From NCBI GenBank assembly GCA_030704615.1, contig CM060732.1, positions 53,754,001-53,818,000 of the forward strand: a stretch of 64,000 bases of DNA, in the 5' to 3' direction. Shown in pieces: positions 52,974 to 63,506 of this stretch (positions are counted from its first letter, which is position 1; every line of letters starts with the position of its first letter). This DNA comes from Takakia lepidozioides. Lineage: Eukaryota > Plantae > Bryophyta. The notes below the pieces were generated by a model. That model was not told where the DNA came from. It did not search any database and saw only the letters and a list, made by a program, of their open reading frames with translations. The translations under genes and the position numbers were made by a program.

Positions 52974-55334
52974 ATGCAGCGGGATGGGATGATGCCCAAC
53001 CGGGTGACGTTCATTTGCATCCTCAATGCCTGTGCCAGCCTGAGGGCCCTGGATAAAGGGAAAAAGGTCCACGCTGACATCATGAAAGCTGGCATCACAT
53101 CATATATTAATTTGGAGAATACCCTTGTCAACATGTATGCCAAATGCGGAAGCTTAAAGGATGCACGTCATGTTTTTGACAACATAGCTGACCGGGATGT
53201 GGTCTCATGGAGTGTAATGATCGCAGGGTATGCTCAGTACAGCTGGGGCAGGGAAGCATTGGAGATCTATGAGCAAATGCACAAGGAAGGTGTGACTCCT
53301 GATAGAGTCACATTCATTTGTGTTCTTAGCGCATGTTCAAGTCCTGAATACCTGGGAAGGGGCAAAGAGATCCACACTGATATCATCAAAGCCGGAATTG
53401 GACCGGATGTAGTTCTGGAGACTGCCCTTGCTGACATGTATGCCAAATGTGGCGGCATGAATGATGCACATAGAGTATTTGACAATATGGCTGAACGCAA
53501 TGTGGTCTCATGGAATGTGATCATCACAGGATATGCTCAGCATGGGCACTTTAGGGAGGCTTTGAAAATCTATGAGCAAATGCAATGGCAAGGGATGGCG
53601 CCCAACAAGGTGACGTTCATTTGCATTCTCAATGTGTGTGCCAACCTTGGAGGCCTGGAAAGGGGCAAAGAGGTCCATGCTGACATCAGGAAAACTGAAA
53701 TTGGCCCCTTTATTACTTTGGAGAATACCCTTGTTAACATGTACACCAAATGTGGGAGTGTAAAGGATGCACGTGAAGTATTTGACAATATGGCGGAACG
53801 GGACGTGGTCTCGTGGAGTGTGATGATCAGAGCATATGCTCAAAATGGGTGTGGTAGGGACGCTCTTGACATTTACAAGCAAATGCAACAGGAAGGGGTG
53901 ATGCCTGACACAATCACTTTCGTTAGCGTGCTCAATGCATGTGCCAGCATAAGATCCCTGGAAAAGGGCAAAATGATCCATGCTGTCATCATCCAAGCTG
54001 GAATTGCATCAGACATCGTTCTGGAGACTGCCCTTGTTGACATGTATGCCAGGTGTGGGAGCATAAAGGATGCTCGTGAAATATTTGAGAACATGGCTGA
54101 ACGAAATGTGGTCTCATGGAGTGCAATGATTGCAGGATATGCTCAGCAAGAGTGTCCTAGGGAGGCTTTTGAGATCTATGAGCAAATGCAGCAGGAAGGG
54201 GTGACACCCGATAGTGTGTCCTTCATTTGTATTCTCAATGGGTGTGCCAGCCTTGGAGACCTGGAAAAGGTGAAAGAGGTCCATGCTGACATCATCAAAA
54301 CTGGGATTGGATCATATATTAATTTGGAGAATACCCTTGTCAATATGTATGCCAAATGTGCGAGTGTGGAGGCTGCACGACAGGTGTTTGATAAGATGGC
54401 TGAACAAGATGTGGTCTCATGGAATGCTATCATCAACGGATATGGTCAGAATGGGCGTGGTAGGGAGGCTGTGCAACTGTTTGAACAAATGCAACAACAA
54501 GGCTTGAAACCAGATGGTATTACCTTTGTATCTCTTCTCGCTGCATGCAGCCATGCAGGCCTAGTGGATGAAGGCCATCACTTTTTTAAATCCATGAGTG
54601 AAGCTTATGGCCTCACCCCTACAATGGAGCATTTTGGCTGCATGGTGGACCTTCTTGGCCGTGCAGGCCAGTTAGATGAGGCAGAAGATTTAATTAATAA
54701 AATGCCAAGGGAAGCAGATGCTTCTGTGTGGGGGGCCTTGCTTAGTGCCTGCAGAATCCATGGTGATCTGGAGCTAGCACAACATGCAGCAAAGTGCCTT
54801 CTCAAATTGGCTCCACAGCACGCTGCACCTTATGTGTTATTATCAAACATATATGCTGCAGCTGGCAGGTGGGAGGATACAAGAAAGATAAGAAATCTGA
54901 TGGTGGAGAGAGGTGTCAGAAAGGTGCCAGGGCGTAGCTGCATTGAGGTGAACAACTCGGTGCATTTTTTCGTAGTTGACGACAAGTTGCATCCACAAAT
55001 TGAGGAAATCCATGCTGAGCTCAAGAGATTGACTGGGCAGATGAAGGAAGCCGGGTATGTGCCTGATACAGGCTTTGTATTGCATGATGTGGAGGAGGAG
55101 CAAAAGGAACTCTCACTCAACCACCACAGTGAGAAGCTGGCCATTGCTTTCGGGCTTATCAGCACGCCCCCTGGGACACTGATCCGCATCATCAAGAACC
55201 TTCGAGTGTGTGGTGAATGTCACACCGCCACCAAGTTCATCTCAAAGATTGCTAAGCGGGCAGTTATACTACGGGACGCCAACCGCTTTCACCACTTCAA
55301 AGATGGGATTTGTTCCTGTGGGGATTACTGGTGA
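52974..55334 (+). CDS. PLS-E-DYW PPR ORF (786 aa), intact downstream of the 5' lesions; possibly a young pseudogene
   Basis: Uninterrupted LSP arrays, VPGRSCIE, HSEKLA, CGECH and terminal DYW. Confidence 0.75.
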   Translation: MQRDGMMPNRVTFICILNACASLRALDKGKKVHADIMKAGITSYINLENTLVNMYAKCGSLKDARHVFDNIADRDVVSWSVMIAGYAQYSWGREALEIYEQMHKEGVTPDRVTFICVLSACSSPEYLGRGKEIHTDIIKAGIGPDVVLETALADMYAKCGGMNDAHRVFDNMAERNVVSWNVIITGYAQHGHFREALKIYEQMQWQGMAPNKVTFICILNVCANLGGLERGKEVHADIRKTEIGPFITLENTLVNMYTKCGSVKDAREVFDNMAERDVVSWSVMIRAYAQNGCGRDALDIYKQMQQEGVMPDTITFVSVLNACASIRSLEKGKMIHAVIIQAGIASDIVLETALVDMYARCGSIKDAREIFENMAERNVVSWSAMIAGYAQQECPREAFEIYEQMQQEGVTPDSVSFICILNGCASLGDLEKVKEVHADIIKTGIGSYINLENTLVNMYAKCASVEAARQVFDKMAEQDVVSWNAIINGYGQNGRGREAVQLFEQMQQQGLKPDGITFVSLLAACSHAGLVDEGHHFFKSMSEAYGLTPTMEHFGCMVDLLGRAGQLDEAEDLINKMPREADASVWGALLSACRIHGDLELAQHAAKCLLKLAPQHAAPYVLLSNIYAAAGRWEDTRKIRNLMVERGVRKVPGRSCIEVNNSVHFFVVDDKLHPQIEEIHAELKRLTGQMKEAGYVPDTGFVLHDVEEEQKELSLNHHSEKLAIAFGLISTPPGTLIRIIKNLRVCGECHTATKFISKIAKRAVILRDANRFHHFKDGICSCGDYW

Positions 55335-55589
55335 AACAAGAAGCATGCCTGAAAGAAAGTGTGCTGCTTCTGGGCCGTAAGTTTATCTTCTGTGATTCTG
55401 TGAGCAAAGTGTCAAGCTGAAACAAGCGAATTGTGAGATCGGATGTGACAAAGACCTTGAGATAGAAAGAAAAGAATTCTTTAGGAAGCCAAATCCAGCA
55501 GAACTTTTGCTGCTTGGCCAGCCAAAAGCCCATTCGACAGGTTGCAGCTAAACCTGAAGACTGCTTACTTGTACAGATTCAGTAGCTTT

Positions 55590-56480
55590 GATTTTGTGAC
55601 ATGTTTCAACGTTCCTCATCGTCTCTCGTTGAAATGGCATACACAAGCCCGTGCATACAGTTTTCCTGGCCTGCAGAAGTAACCTTTGTTTGGAGCACAG
55701 TGTCTATCTTCTGAGCAAATACACAAGCCCTCTACAGCACAATAATCTTTGAGAGTCGACACGCCTCATGCTCCCGGTTTCTGAATTCCAAGGACCGCGT
55801 CTGACCACTCACTATAAAATAAACCTTACGGGTCGAGCTTGTCTTTGATTGCTATGAATTTGGCAATGCCGGGTGTCTTTCCTGCAGCTCCTTCGAAGGC
55901 CACATCTCTATTCTTCCCTGAGTGTGGTCTGCCCAGTGCGGTCTGTACTTGAAGACAGCTTTTGCTCGATCTCTTCCAACTCGTCCTCATAAAGCCTCTT
56001 CATATGGTCGCTAGGAGAGAGTATCTACGTTAATTGCGTCTTCCATCCGACCCAAATATGCTGATGAGTTCCCCCTTACAAATCTCACAAGATTCCGGTA
56101 TACATGTCCAAGGTGCAAAATGAGCTGGGATCTAAATCATGAAGGGCCTTCACATCAGAGATGAAATATTCAATTTTCGTGAAGGATATATAGAAGGCGG
56201 TCTCATACATGGAAGCTTTACAGCGTGGATCCCATGAGCACACCCGTCAGGGTTGTTCTGGCATCCTCCTGCCACCTGCATTTGGTTTTGATGGCCTACT
56301 ACAGGGTACCCGTTGAATTCGAGCTCACGGTTGCTTTTGAAGCCTCTTGCGAAGCTAGAGTTCATCTCTGGCATTTGCGCATGGCCAAGTGGGGTAGCAT
56401 CTATCATGGGTTCTCTCTGCATGTAGCCATGGGAGCGCTCCGGCGGTTGTCAGTGGAGTTCCATAGACTTCAATACTGGT
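55590..56480 (-). pseudogene. L-gulonolactone-oxidase-like (GulLO/ALO family) 3' pseudogene fragment
   Basis: Minus-strand FNGYPVVGHQNQMQ.AGGC, RLYEDELEEIEQ, RPH.GKNRDVAF and [26 protein letters not shown], with frameshifts. Confidence 0.8.
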
Positions 56481-56487
56481 ACGCAGG

Positions 56488-56608
56488 GACAACCAAGTTG
56501 TAGCCCAGTGGTAATGGGCACATACCACCTCGGAAGTGGTTGTGGGTTCAATCCACCGATTGGTGTCACAAAGGTGTCCACCTTCCTGCTGGAAGGCAGT
56601 AGCCCTCA
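56488..56608 (+). mobile_element. tRNA-derived SINE family A, 3'-truncated copy
   Basis: A box TAGCCCAGTGG, B box GGTTCAATCC, body GGTGTCCACCTTCCTGCTGGAAGGCAGTAGCCC shared with 61865-62045. Confidence 0.8.
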
Positions 56609-56699
56609 CAGTAGCCGTAACCGAAGAGCTCCCATGGCTACATGCAGCTACAAGGGTGATACTGGCTTCAAGCCTTCCTTTTACATTCCTTCAAACAGC

Positions 56700-57530
56700 T
56701 GACAGGCCTCCCTAGGGCAAATCCTGCACTGGGCCATGAGGTATAGCCGAAGATGACATTTGGCACAATTCCAGCTTTCAGAACGTCACCCTGGATCCTC
56801 TGGGTTGCCAGGTTTGCACACACCCTTACAATGCAAACTAAAGTGAATCGGAGGGACTTCAGCCCTTCCTGCATCATTTTCTCAAAAGTCTCCATCCTGC
56901 ACCCATCCTGGAAATATCCTGCAATCACTGCATTCCAGGACAATGCATCTTGTTCAGTCATTGTCAAACACTCCCCATACTCCCCCATTGGCATGCCTGT
57001 TCACAAGGGTATTGTTCAGAAACATATGGGGTACAACAGCAGCCTCGTGATGTCACCATGGACCTCCTTGCGCTGCCAGACCCGAACAAACCTTGAGAAC
57101 GCAAACAAACAAGACCTGGTCTGGCTTCACCCCTTTCTGCACCATTTGCTCATAGGTCTCCACAGCCACAATCCTGCACCCACGCTGGGTGTATCCTGCG
57201 ATCATCGCACCACATCATCTTCAGCCATATAACACTACCTTTGAATCCTTGATGCTACCGCATTTGGATACATATCCAAGAGGGAGTGTTCAGATATCAT
57301 ATTTGGTACAATTCCAGCTATCATGATGTCACCATCAACTCTTTGCCCTTTTTGAGGGCTGCCAGGCTTGCACACACGTTGGGCATTGCCCCTTCCTATA
57401 TCATCTGATCATAGGTCTCCAAGGCTTTTTAAACCACAACCATGCTTGGTATATTTTGCAATCATTTTAGTCCACGGAAAAATATTTCACTGGGTGTGTA
57501 TCCAATAATCTCCCACATTGACCTACATGT
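56700..57530 (-). pseudogene. Highly degenerate PLS-PPR relic
   Basis: EQDALSWNAVIAGYFQDG..FEKMMQEGLK..FTLVCIVRVCANL and further PPR-like pieces with many indels. Confidence 0.75.
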
Positions 57531-57764
57531 TGAGCACTTACGCAAGAGTCTTGCCATCCATGCTCCACTGTTGAGATTCGTGCCAGAAACTCCACGAGCA
57601 TCAAAGGTTTCCTTGTGAAGGAGTGCTACTTTAGCTTTCAGCAACATCCATGGGAGTCACTCTGGGCTCTAGCTGATCCAAGAGGTCATGTGTCACGACA
57701 GTCAGAAGCGAACACATTATGCAGCACTGAGGAGAATTTTATTGAACCAGCACAATTTGAAGCA

Positions 57765-57838
57765 ATCTAGTGGAAGCGTAAATTATGGTGTCTCTTGACC
57801 CCTAAGGGCTGCTGCCTTCCAGCGGGAAGGTGGACACC
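57765..57838 (-). mobile_element. SINE family A body fragment
   Basis: Reverse complement GGTGTCCACCTTCCCGCTGGAAGGCAGCAGCCCTTAGGGGTCAAGAGACACCATAATTTACGC. Confidence 0.75.
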
Positions 57839-58447
57839 GCAAGAATCAATACACATATATGCGATTGGAGCTGTCCTTCCTGGTTAAGATGCCTTTGGGG
57901 TTTTAGGTTTATGGAGTGTTCTGAAGAGGTGGTTATGGGTCTAATCTAGCAGGACATTGACTCAAGACTCTCAAAATTTGCAATCCTATATAAAAAGATA
58001 GCAACACTCCTGGTTGATATGTATCTATCAAAGTTGCATGAGCCTGGATCGGAGCAGCCCACTCAAATCCCTTCTCTGATGATGGATGTGAGGTAGCTGT
58101 TTTCCTCCATCTTTGTGAAACAGCTGACAGTGTAAACCTTCAAAATGACCTGAAGACATACGTTTACAGAAGGACGTTCGATGATGAGTCTGCATTTATC
58201 CTGTGTGAAGCTTTACAAGACAATCTCACCGCACCTTGGTCTGTGCGTTGCCATGTCAACTTGTTCTTCTATGTGGCCTTTGGTACTGGTTGATGAATGG
58301 TCTATGTTATAGAAATAGTTCTGTTGCATCTCTTTCCTTGGGGGCATTTTGTCTTGATGTATGTTGTCAATATGTGTTCAAAGTGAGCTGTTACTCACCC
58401 CCAATGACACTTGTTGCCTAGTGCCTACATGCCCTGTCCTACTGCAG

Positions 58448-58690
58448 CATCAGATTCGATAGTGGAGCCTCAAAGGGCTCCCCTCTCCAGGCATGTGTTC
58501 AGTCATAGCAGCATCTAAGAAGGCGGGGGCTTATGGGTGCACAATAAGTGGGGCAGGCCCCACAGCTGTGGCCGTGAACAAATGGAAGAAAGATTGGAGC
58601 AGCTATGGTGGATGCGTTCCATGTCCATGGAAATCTGAAGGCGGTCACACATCTCAACAAGCTAGATCAACAAGGTGCTCGGATCATAGG
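58448..58690 (+). pseudogene. Homoserine kinase C-terminal fragment, frameshifted
   Basis: SDSIVEPQRAPL / PGM..V..ASKKAGAYGCTISGAGPTAVAV / IGAAMVDAF...GNLKAV...KLDQQGAR matches the C-terminus of plant homoserine kinase. Confidence 0.8.
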
Positions 58691-60843
58691 AGCGGATGTG
58701 GAGCTCCCAGGTGCAACCTCCTGTGCAGGCTGCCAGTCATCCAATGGCAATAGGCATTGCCTTCACTGGAGTTTTCTGCATTGCTAGCAACAATGACAGA
58801 GTCAAAGGACTTGGTCTGTTCAATTCGATGATTGGCAGATGGTGAAAAAAAAAGTAATCATGGAGGATTCTGATGCTCTTTATTTAAGATTCAACAGTCG
58901 TGGTTGTCCATTGTGGTGGAGTCGTTAGCAATATCCATAACTCCTGCTCTTACTAACATTCTAGCTCTCCTCTTCAGAAGAGGGATTGAAGGAAAGCCTG
59001 TCCAAGCTTTCATAACCATAGGGAAGTGTTGAGTATCAGTTTTTTGGCATCTTTATGTTTTTCCACTTGTTCTATGCAATTAAGCACACGTGAAATGCAT
59101 GAACAAACAGGCACTTATTACCAATCACAGAGGTGAGTGAAAGAGCTGCATTCATACACAAGCCTTCCGCCTTGTTTTATCCCTAATGATGCTGACCTGA
59201 CCCCGAGATCTTTATGTGTTGGATGGGTTATTTCAAACTCAGCTCTGTAGAGTTCAACCTGTGTCTTCCTTCCTAACAAACTTGAGCAGGTCAGACTCAG
59301 GAAATCCTGGTGCAGCTTTGTTCTCTCTATTGTTAGTAGGGAATATTTAGTCGGCAGTTAGCCCAGGAAATCTGGGGTGGAGGATTTAGATCCTTGCAAT
59401 TGAGGCATCTCTTCCGTTGGTCCTAACTCAGAAATAGGTCGCACCATTGAAATTACTGGGTGTGGTGCTATCGGCTGATAGCTTGAGGAAATAATTTAGC
59501 TAAGAATTTCGTCATTTTACTACTCATGGTGCCCTCTTTTCATGAGTCAATGTCAAGAGCATGGTGTAGTTTCGAAAATCTTCAGGGTTCAGGGTCATAT
59601 GTATATTAGTATGTAACTTGACCTGCTCTCCAGACATAGAAAGAGGCTTCTGCCTGCTGCTTGCAACATAGAACTGCACAACGTGGACATCTTGATGACC
59701 CCTAACTCAGGTCTGCACATGTGCAGTGAAAGATAACTTGTGCAAATCTGTAAAGACAGACATCAAGGCTTTCAAGACTGGGATTGTGCATGTCTCAGCG
59801 GTTTGCTTCTGAACTTGCAGACCGGCCCTGTTGATTCTACCGCAATCAAGTGATCCAGTAAAGGAGGTGAAGCTTTCCTCATATGTCAGTCCAACGCATG
59901 TCATGAGAAGGTATCTTCCGGATTACCTCTAAGTCCCTGCACTTCAGCAAACGATCTTGGGTAGGGCAGCAGTGTAGTTGAACAAGGTGGGAGGAAGCAC
60001 AGCCAGCAAATGCTAATTAGAGGCTCTGCAGGCATCCACGCTACACTCTCCATGCAAACACTTGTGTTGGCCGTTCGTCCATCAACCCATGTCTTGCTAC
60101 AAAAAGCTCACAACTCCTCTTCGCACACCCGCATTGCCCAAAACAATGAAAACCACAGACACTACAGAAACCGCCCAAAGCCAACAACGATCTAATCGCA
60201 GTTGCCTCCAGTGTACACACGGGAGCACAAGATTGGAGTGCATAAACCGAGATACTAGAAGTCATGAATGGACAAGTAAGAGTTTAGAAGCAACGAAAGA
60301 AGGCAATCAGGACCAAACCGAGGCTTGGGCACGAAGCTACCAAAATGCCATTAAAACTTTACTCTTAAGACCTATCAATCAAGGCCGAGGATAGTAGACG
60401 TCTTGGAGATAGTGGACAGAATGACTGTGTTCGGTCTCCTCTCTTACAAATACACTTAGAAATGGGCTGATGAGAATCACCTTGAAGGGACGTACCTGGC
60501 ATGAGAAAGAAACCTCGTTAGATGAGAGGTTTGAAGAGAAGAGGATCGAAGTCGGCCTTTCTTCGTTAGGTTGATCTAATATGATCATGTACCACTTTAC
60601 CACTTCACAATGAAAGATGAATCAAATCCCTGGCCATGCAGTAGAAATCGTCAAGATTGTGTGACACAGTTCAGCTATGGTATAAAAAGTAAGAACACGG
60701 GTCAAGGAATGACTAGAATGTCTCCGCTAAGATCTAACATCTCCAAACCATGCTGCCTGAATTTGCTTGTAGTTGACTCCCACTCCTTGTGCAGCTACGA
60801 GTTCGTCCACCTCAATCTCTTCCGCCCTCGTTTTTCCGATCTA

Positions 60844-60979
60844 CGAAGCAAAATAAAGAGACTGCAGCATCTTCTTCCGAACTCCCCCAAACTCCTAGCT
60901 TGAATCGCAGTACTGGCTTAACAACGATTCAAAGCTGGGAGTTCGGAAAACAATGCAGCACACTCTTTATTTTGCTTCG
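60844..60979. repeat. Imperfect ~135-nt hairpin (MITE relic or miRNA-like)
   Basis: CGAAGCAAAATAAAGAG...TTCCGAACTCCC...AGCTTGAATCG pairs with CGATTCAAAGCTGGGAGTTCGGAA...CTCTTTATTTTGCTTCG. Confidence 0.8.
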
Positions 60980-61864
60980 CAAATCGAGTGGGTTCAAAGG
61001 TCTTTGCTAGGAAAAAGAAGAAGATTAGCAGGAGTTTGCAGCAATCATGATCGCTCCACACTTGTAACCACCCTCGGCACCTCGCGATCCAAGCAGCTCC
61101 TCCAGCAACGCAGCACCTTGGCGACGGCCAGGCCCTCCACCTCGTTCTGTCTGGCGATCGGACGGTGGAGGGTGGTGCACATGGCAAAATCTGGCTGAAC
61201 CCTGGTGCGATGGGGCGCCAGCCCTTGGATTTAGGGCGCCCTCCCGCCCCGTTCCCATGAGAAAACACAGGTTCCCCTGGTGCTTTATGGCACCAGCTGG
61301 CCAGGGCCCGCAGAGTGCCTGGAAATCTTAAAGGGGTGTGCTTTTAGGCTTTTTTTCGCCTGAAAAGAAGGGGCTGGTTGAGACTTGAGACGTTGAGATC
61401 GCTTGCGCTTTGGAACGCAAAACGGGAGAAGGCCGGGGTTTGAACTCTGGGTCCGGGGTTCAAACTTCAAACCCCTGGATTTGAACCTGTTGTTTTTCTT
61501 TTTGTTTACTCTATTTTCTTGTTCCCAAGGAAACCCCCCACAGGCCCGCCAGAACCCATCTTAAAGGGCAGCACAGGTGTTTGAACCCCGGACCCACAGG
61601 CCAATTCTTTTTTCAGTTGAGGGTTCCAAAAGGGGCGCCAAGCTTGAGATAGATGAGTGCATTCATCGCCAACGCCCTTGTTCATCCCAGTGTCCAGGGC
61701 GATTCACATCGCTTTGGCTGCCAGGGGTGAGCTGCGCTCTGAAGCAAATGGAGGACGGTGAAGAGAGCGATGGATGCAGAGCGGCCTCGTCACACGATCC
61801 ACAGCCAAGCAAGATACGAGGGAGACTATGGAGTTGTGCTTGGATGTATAAGGTAAAAAAAAAA

Positions 61865-62045
61865 GACAACCAGCATGTAGCCCAGTGGTAATGGGCACAT
61901 ACCATGTTGGCTGTGGTTGTGGGTTCAAACCACCGTCTAGTGTATCATGAAGGTGTCCACCTTCCTGCTGGAAGGTAGTAGCCCTTCGGGGTCAAGTGAC
62001 ACCATAAGTTACGCTCCCTTCGGGAGGCGTCATACTTTTTTTTTT
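61865..62045 (+). mobile_element. tRNA-derived SINE family A, full-length, with structured 3' body and poly(T) tail
   Basis: A box TAGCCCAGTGG, B box GGTTCAAACC, three-way-junction body, cUUCGg hairpins, GGCGTCATAC followed by T10. Confidence 0.85.
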
Positions 62046-62049
62046 AATA

Positions 62050-62162
62050 GGGTAAAGCACCTGGGCGAGGTGGTTCCCAGGTTTGAGCCCCTGAAACGAG
62101 GGCGGTAGCCCGAGTTTACACGGGCGAAAACCTAAGAACCACCGAGCCCAGGTGCTTTACCC
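62050..62162. mobile_element. MITE flanked by TA
   Basis: TA|GGGTAAAGCACCTGGGC ... GCCCAGGTGCTTTACCC|TA. Pairing extends further inward (GGTGGTTC/GAACCACC). Confidence 0.75.
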
Positions 62163-62759
62163 TACGTAAAGAATTTTTGGGGTCCCCCCCCCTCTTTATC
62201 TTTATTATCTTTTCAGCACGGTGTCCTGTCTCAAGTGGTCTTGACATTTCGATCGTTTTTCAGCGTTGTTTTTGTACATCCTTGAGATCAAGATATGAGA
62301 TGTAGAGTTGAGATCTGAGATCTAGACTTGACAATTGAGATCTGAGACTCATTCTATGATTCAATAAGTGCACTTCTGAATGAGCATGTGCCTTTACCAA
62401 TAGACTATGGGGGTACTTCACATGTCACTTCCCCTTGTCACTTCTAGACATGAAATAATGGGACTCCACAATGCACTCTCCTCTTTCAATGAGAATTTAT
62501 TTGATATTTAGATGACTTGATTTCAGAAAAGATGCCAGAAAGAAATCGGAATGAAGGGGGAAGAAGTCAAAAGAAGTGGGAAAGAATGGAGGGGTAAGAG
62601 GAGTGTGTTCCAAGAGCGTAACGCACGCTGACAACTTGGCGAGTGCGTTCTTGGAGTGTAACCCACTCTGCCAGCCTGGCAAGTGCGTTCCACTCGTGAA
62701 CGTCCCTGCACGTAACCCTAGAATGGTGTTCACAAGTATAAGGTCCCTTTCATACTAAC

Positions 62760-63042
62760 GACCGGACAAAACACTCAAAAACAACGTTTGTCCACTATTT
62801 CGGCCGCTTCAGAGATGCCATGTCAGCAAAAGTTGCGGGAAGTTACTGGAATCCAGCGGACGAGTTTCATAGCGTTTTCACACCAAGTAGTGGACAAAAA
62901 GGGTCCACTGGACAAGATATCGCGCTCAGATGATATCGCACTCACGATGCTTTGGCAAAGGTACCCACCGACTAGTCAAAGCAAAGCAAATTTGGGGCCA
63001 GGGTAGTAGCAGGCCCCAAATCTTGTCCACTGGACAAAACCT
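62760..63042. mobile_element. Probable DNA-transposon end with repeated GTCCACTGGACAA motifs, abutting the gypsy PHD region
   Basis: Repeated palindromic TTGTCCAC/GTGGACAA units and a TTTGGGGCC/GGCCCCAAA inverted repeat. Abruptly replaces the PHD sequence after CDRC. Confidence 0.35.
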
Positions 63043-63500
63043 AAGCATCGATCACACACCAACATAGTGGCGGCACCACGAGCATGCCCACATAGCATGC
63101 AACACAATCTTGTAGATACCACTGCAAATTGGGATCTATCCTCACATCCACATATGGAAGGTGACATGGCGCACAATTACGCATATGGTCCTTCCATACC
63201 ATGCCATCTCGACCCTCCAGAATCAACACTCCTGAAGGCAACACCTCCCTGACCCTTAGAATCACACGTCCTGCTGTGACATCCAAGGTCGTAGGTGCTG
63301 TCTGCTGCAGATACATATAGTCACCAGGGTGGAAATGCCGAACACATGGCCGATATCCCCCTCCACGTATAGTGGCATATATATACCTCAATGTGCCTCG
63401 GTGTTGGGCAATAACAAAATTCTCAAAATCAAAGGCATGACTCTCTTGAACAACTCTACCCACTGGGCACACGCTTGTGTCCATACATCCGGATCATCAA
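63043..63500 (-). mobile_element. Ty3/gypsy integrase C-terminal fragment with PHD finger
   Basis: IAQHR.TLRY...RGGGYRP.VRHF.PGDY.YL...TLDV.AGR.ILRV.EVLPSGVL.LEGRDG...NCAPCHLP, then CMLCG...MLVCDRC (first half of a PHD). Confidence 0.7.
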
Positions 63501-63506
63501 GGTTGA

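Noticed and set aside
4772-63506. Whole interior as a single CACTA macro-transposon
   Set aside because: Both copies present the same end inward and the right copy lacks its terminal repeat; the outer ends are not visible.
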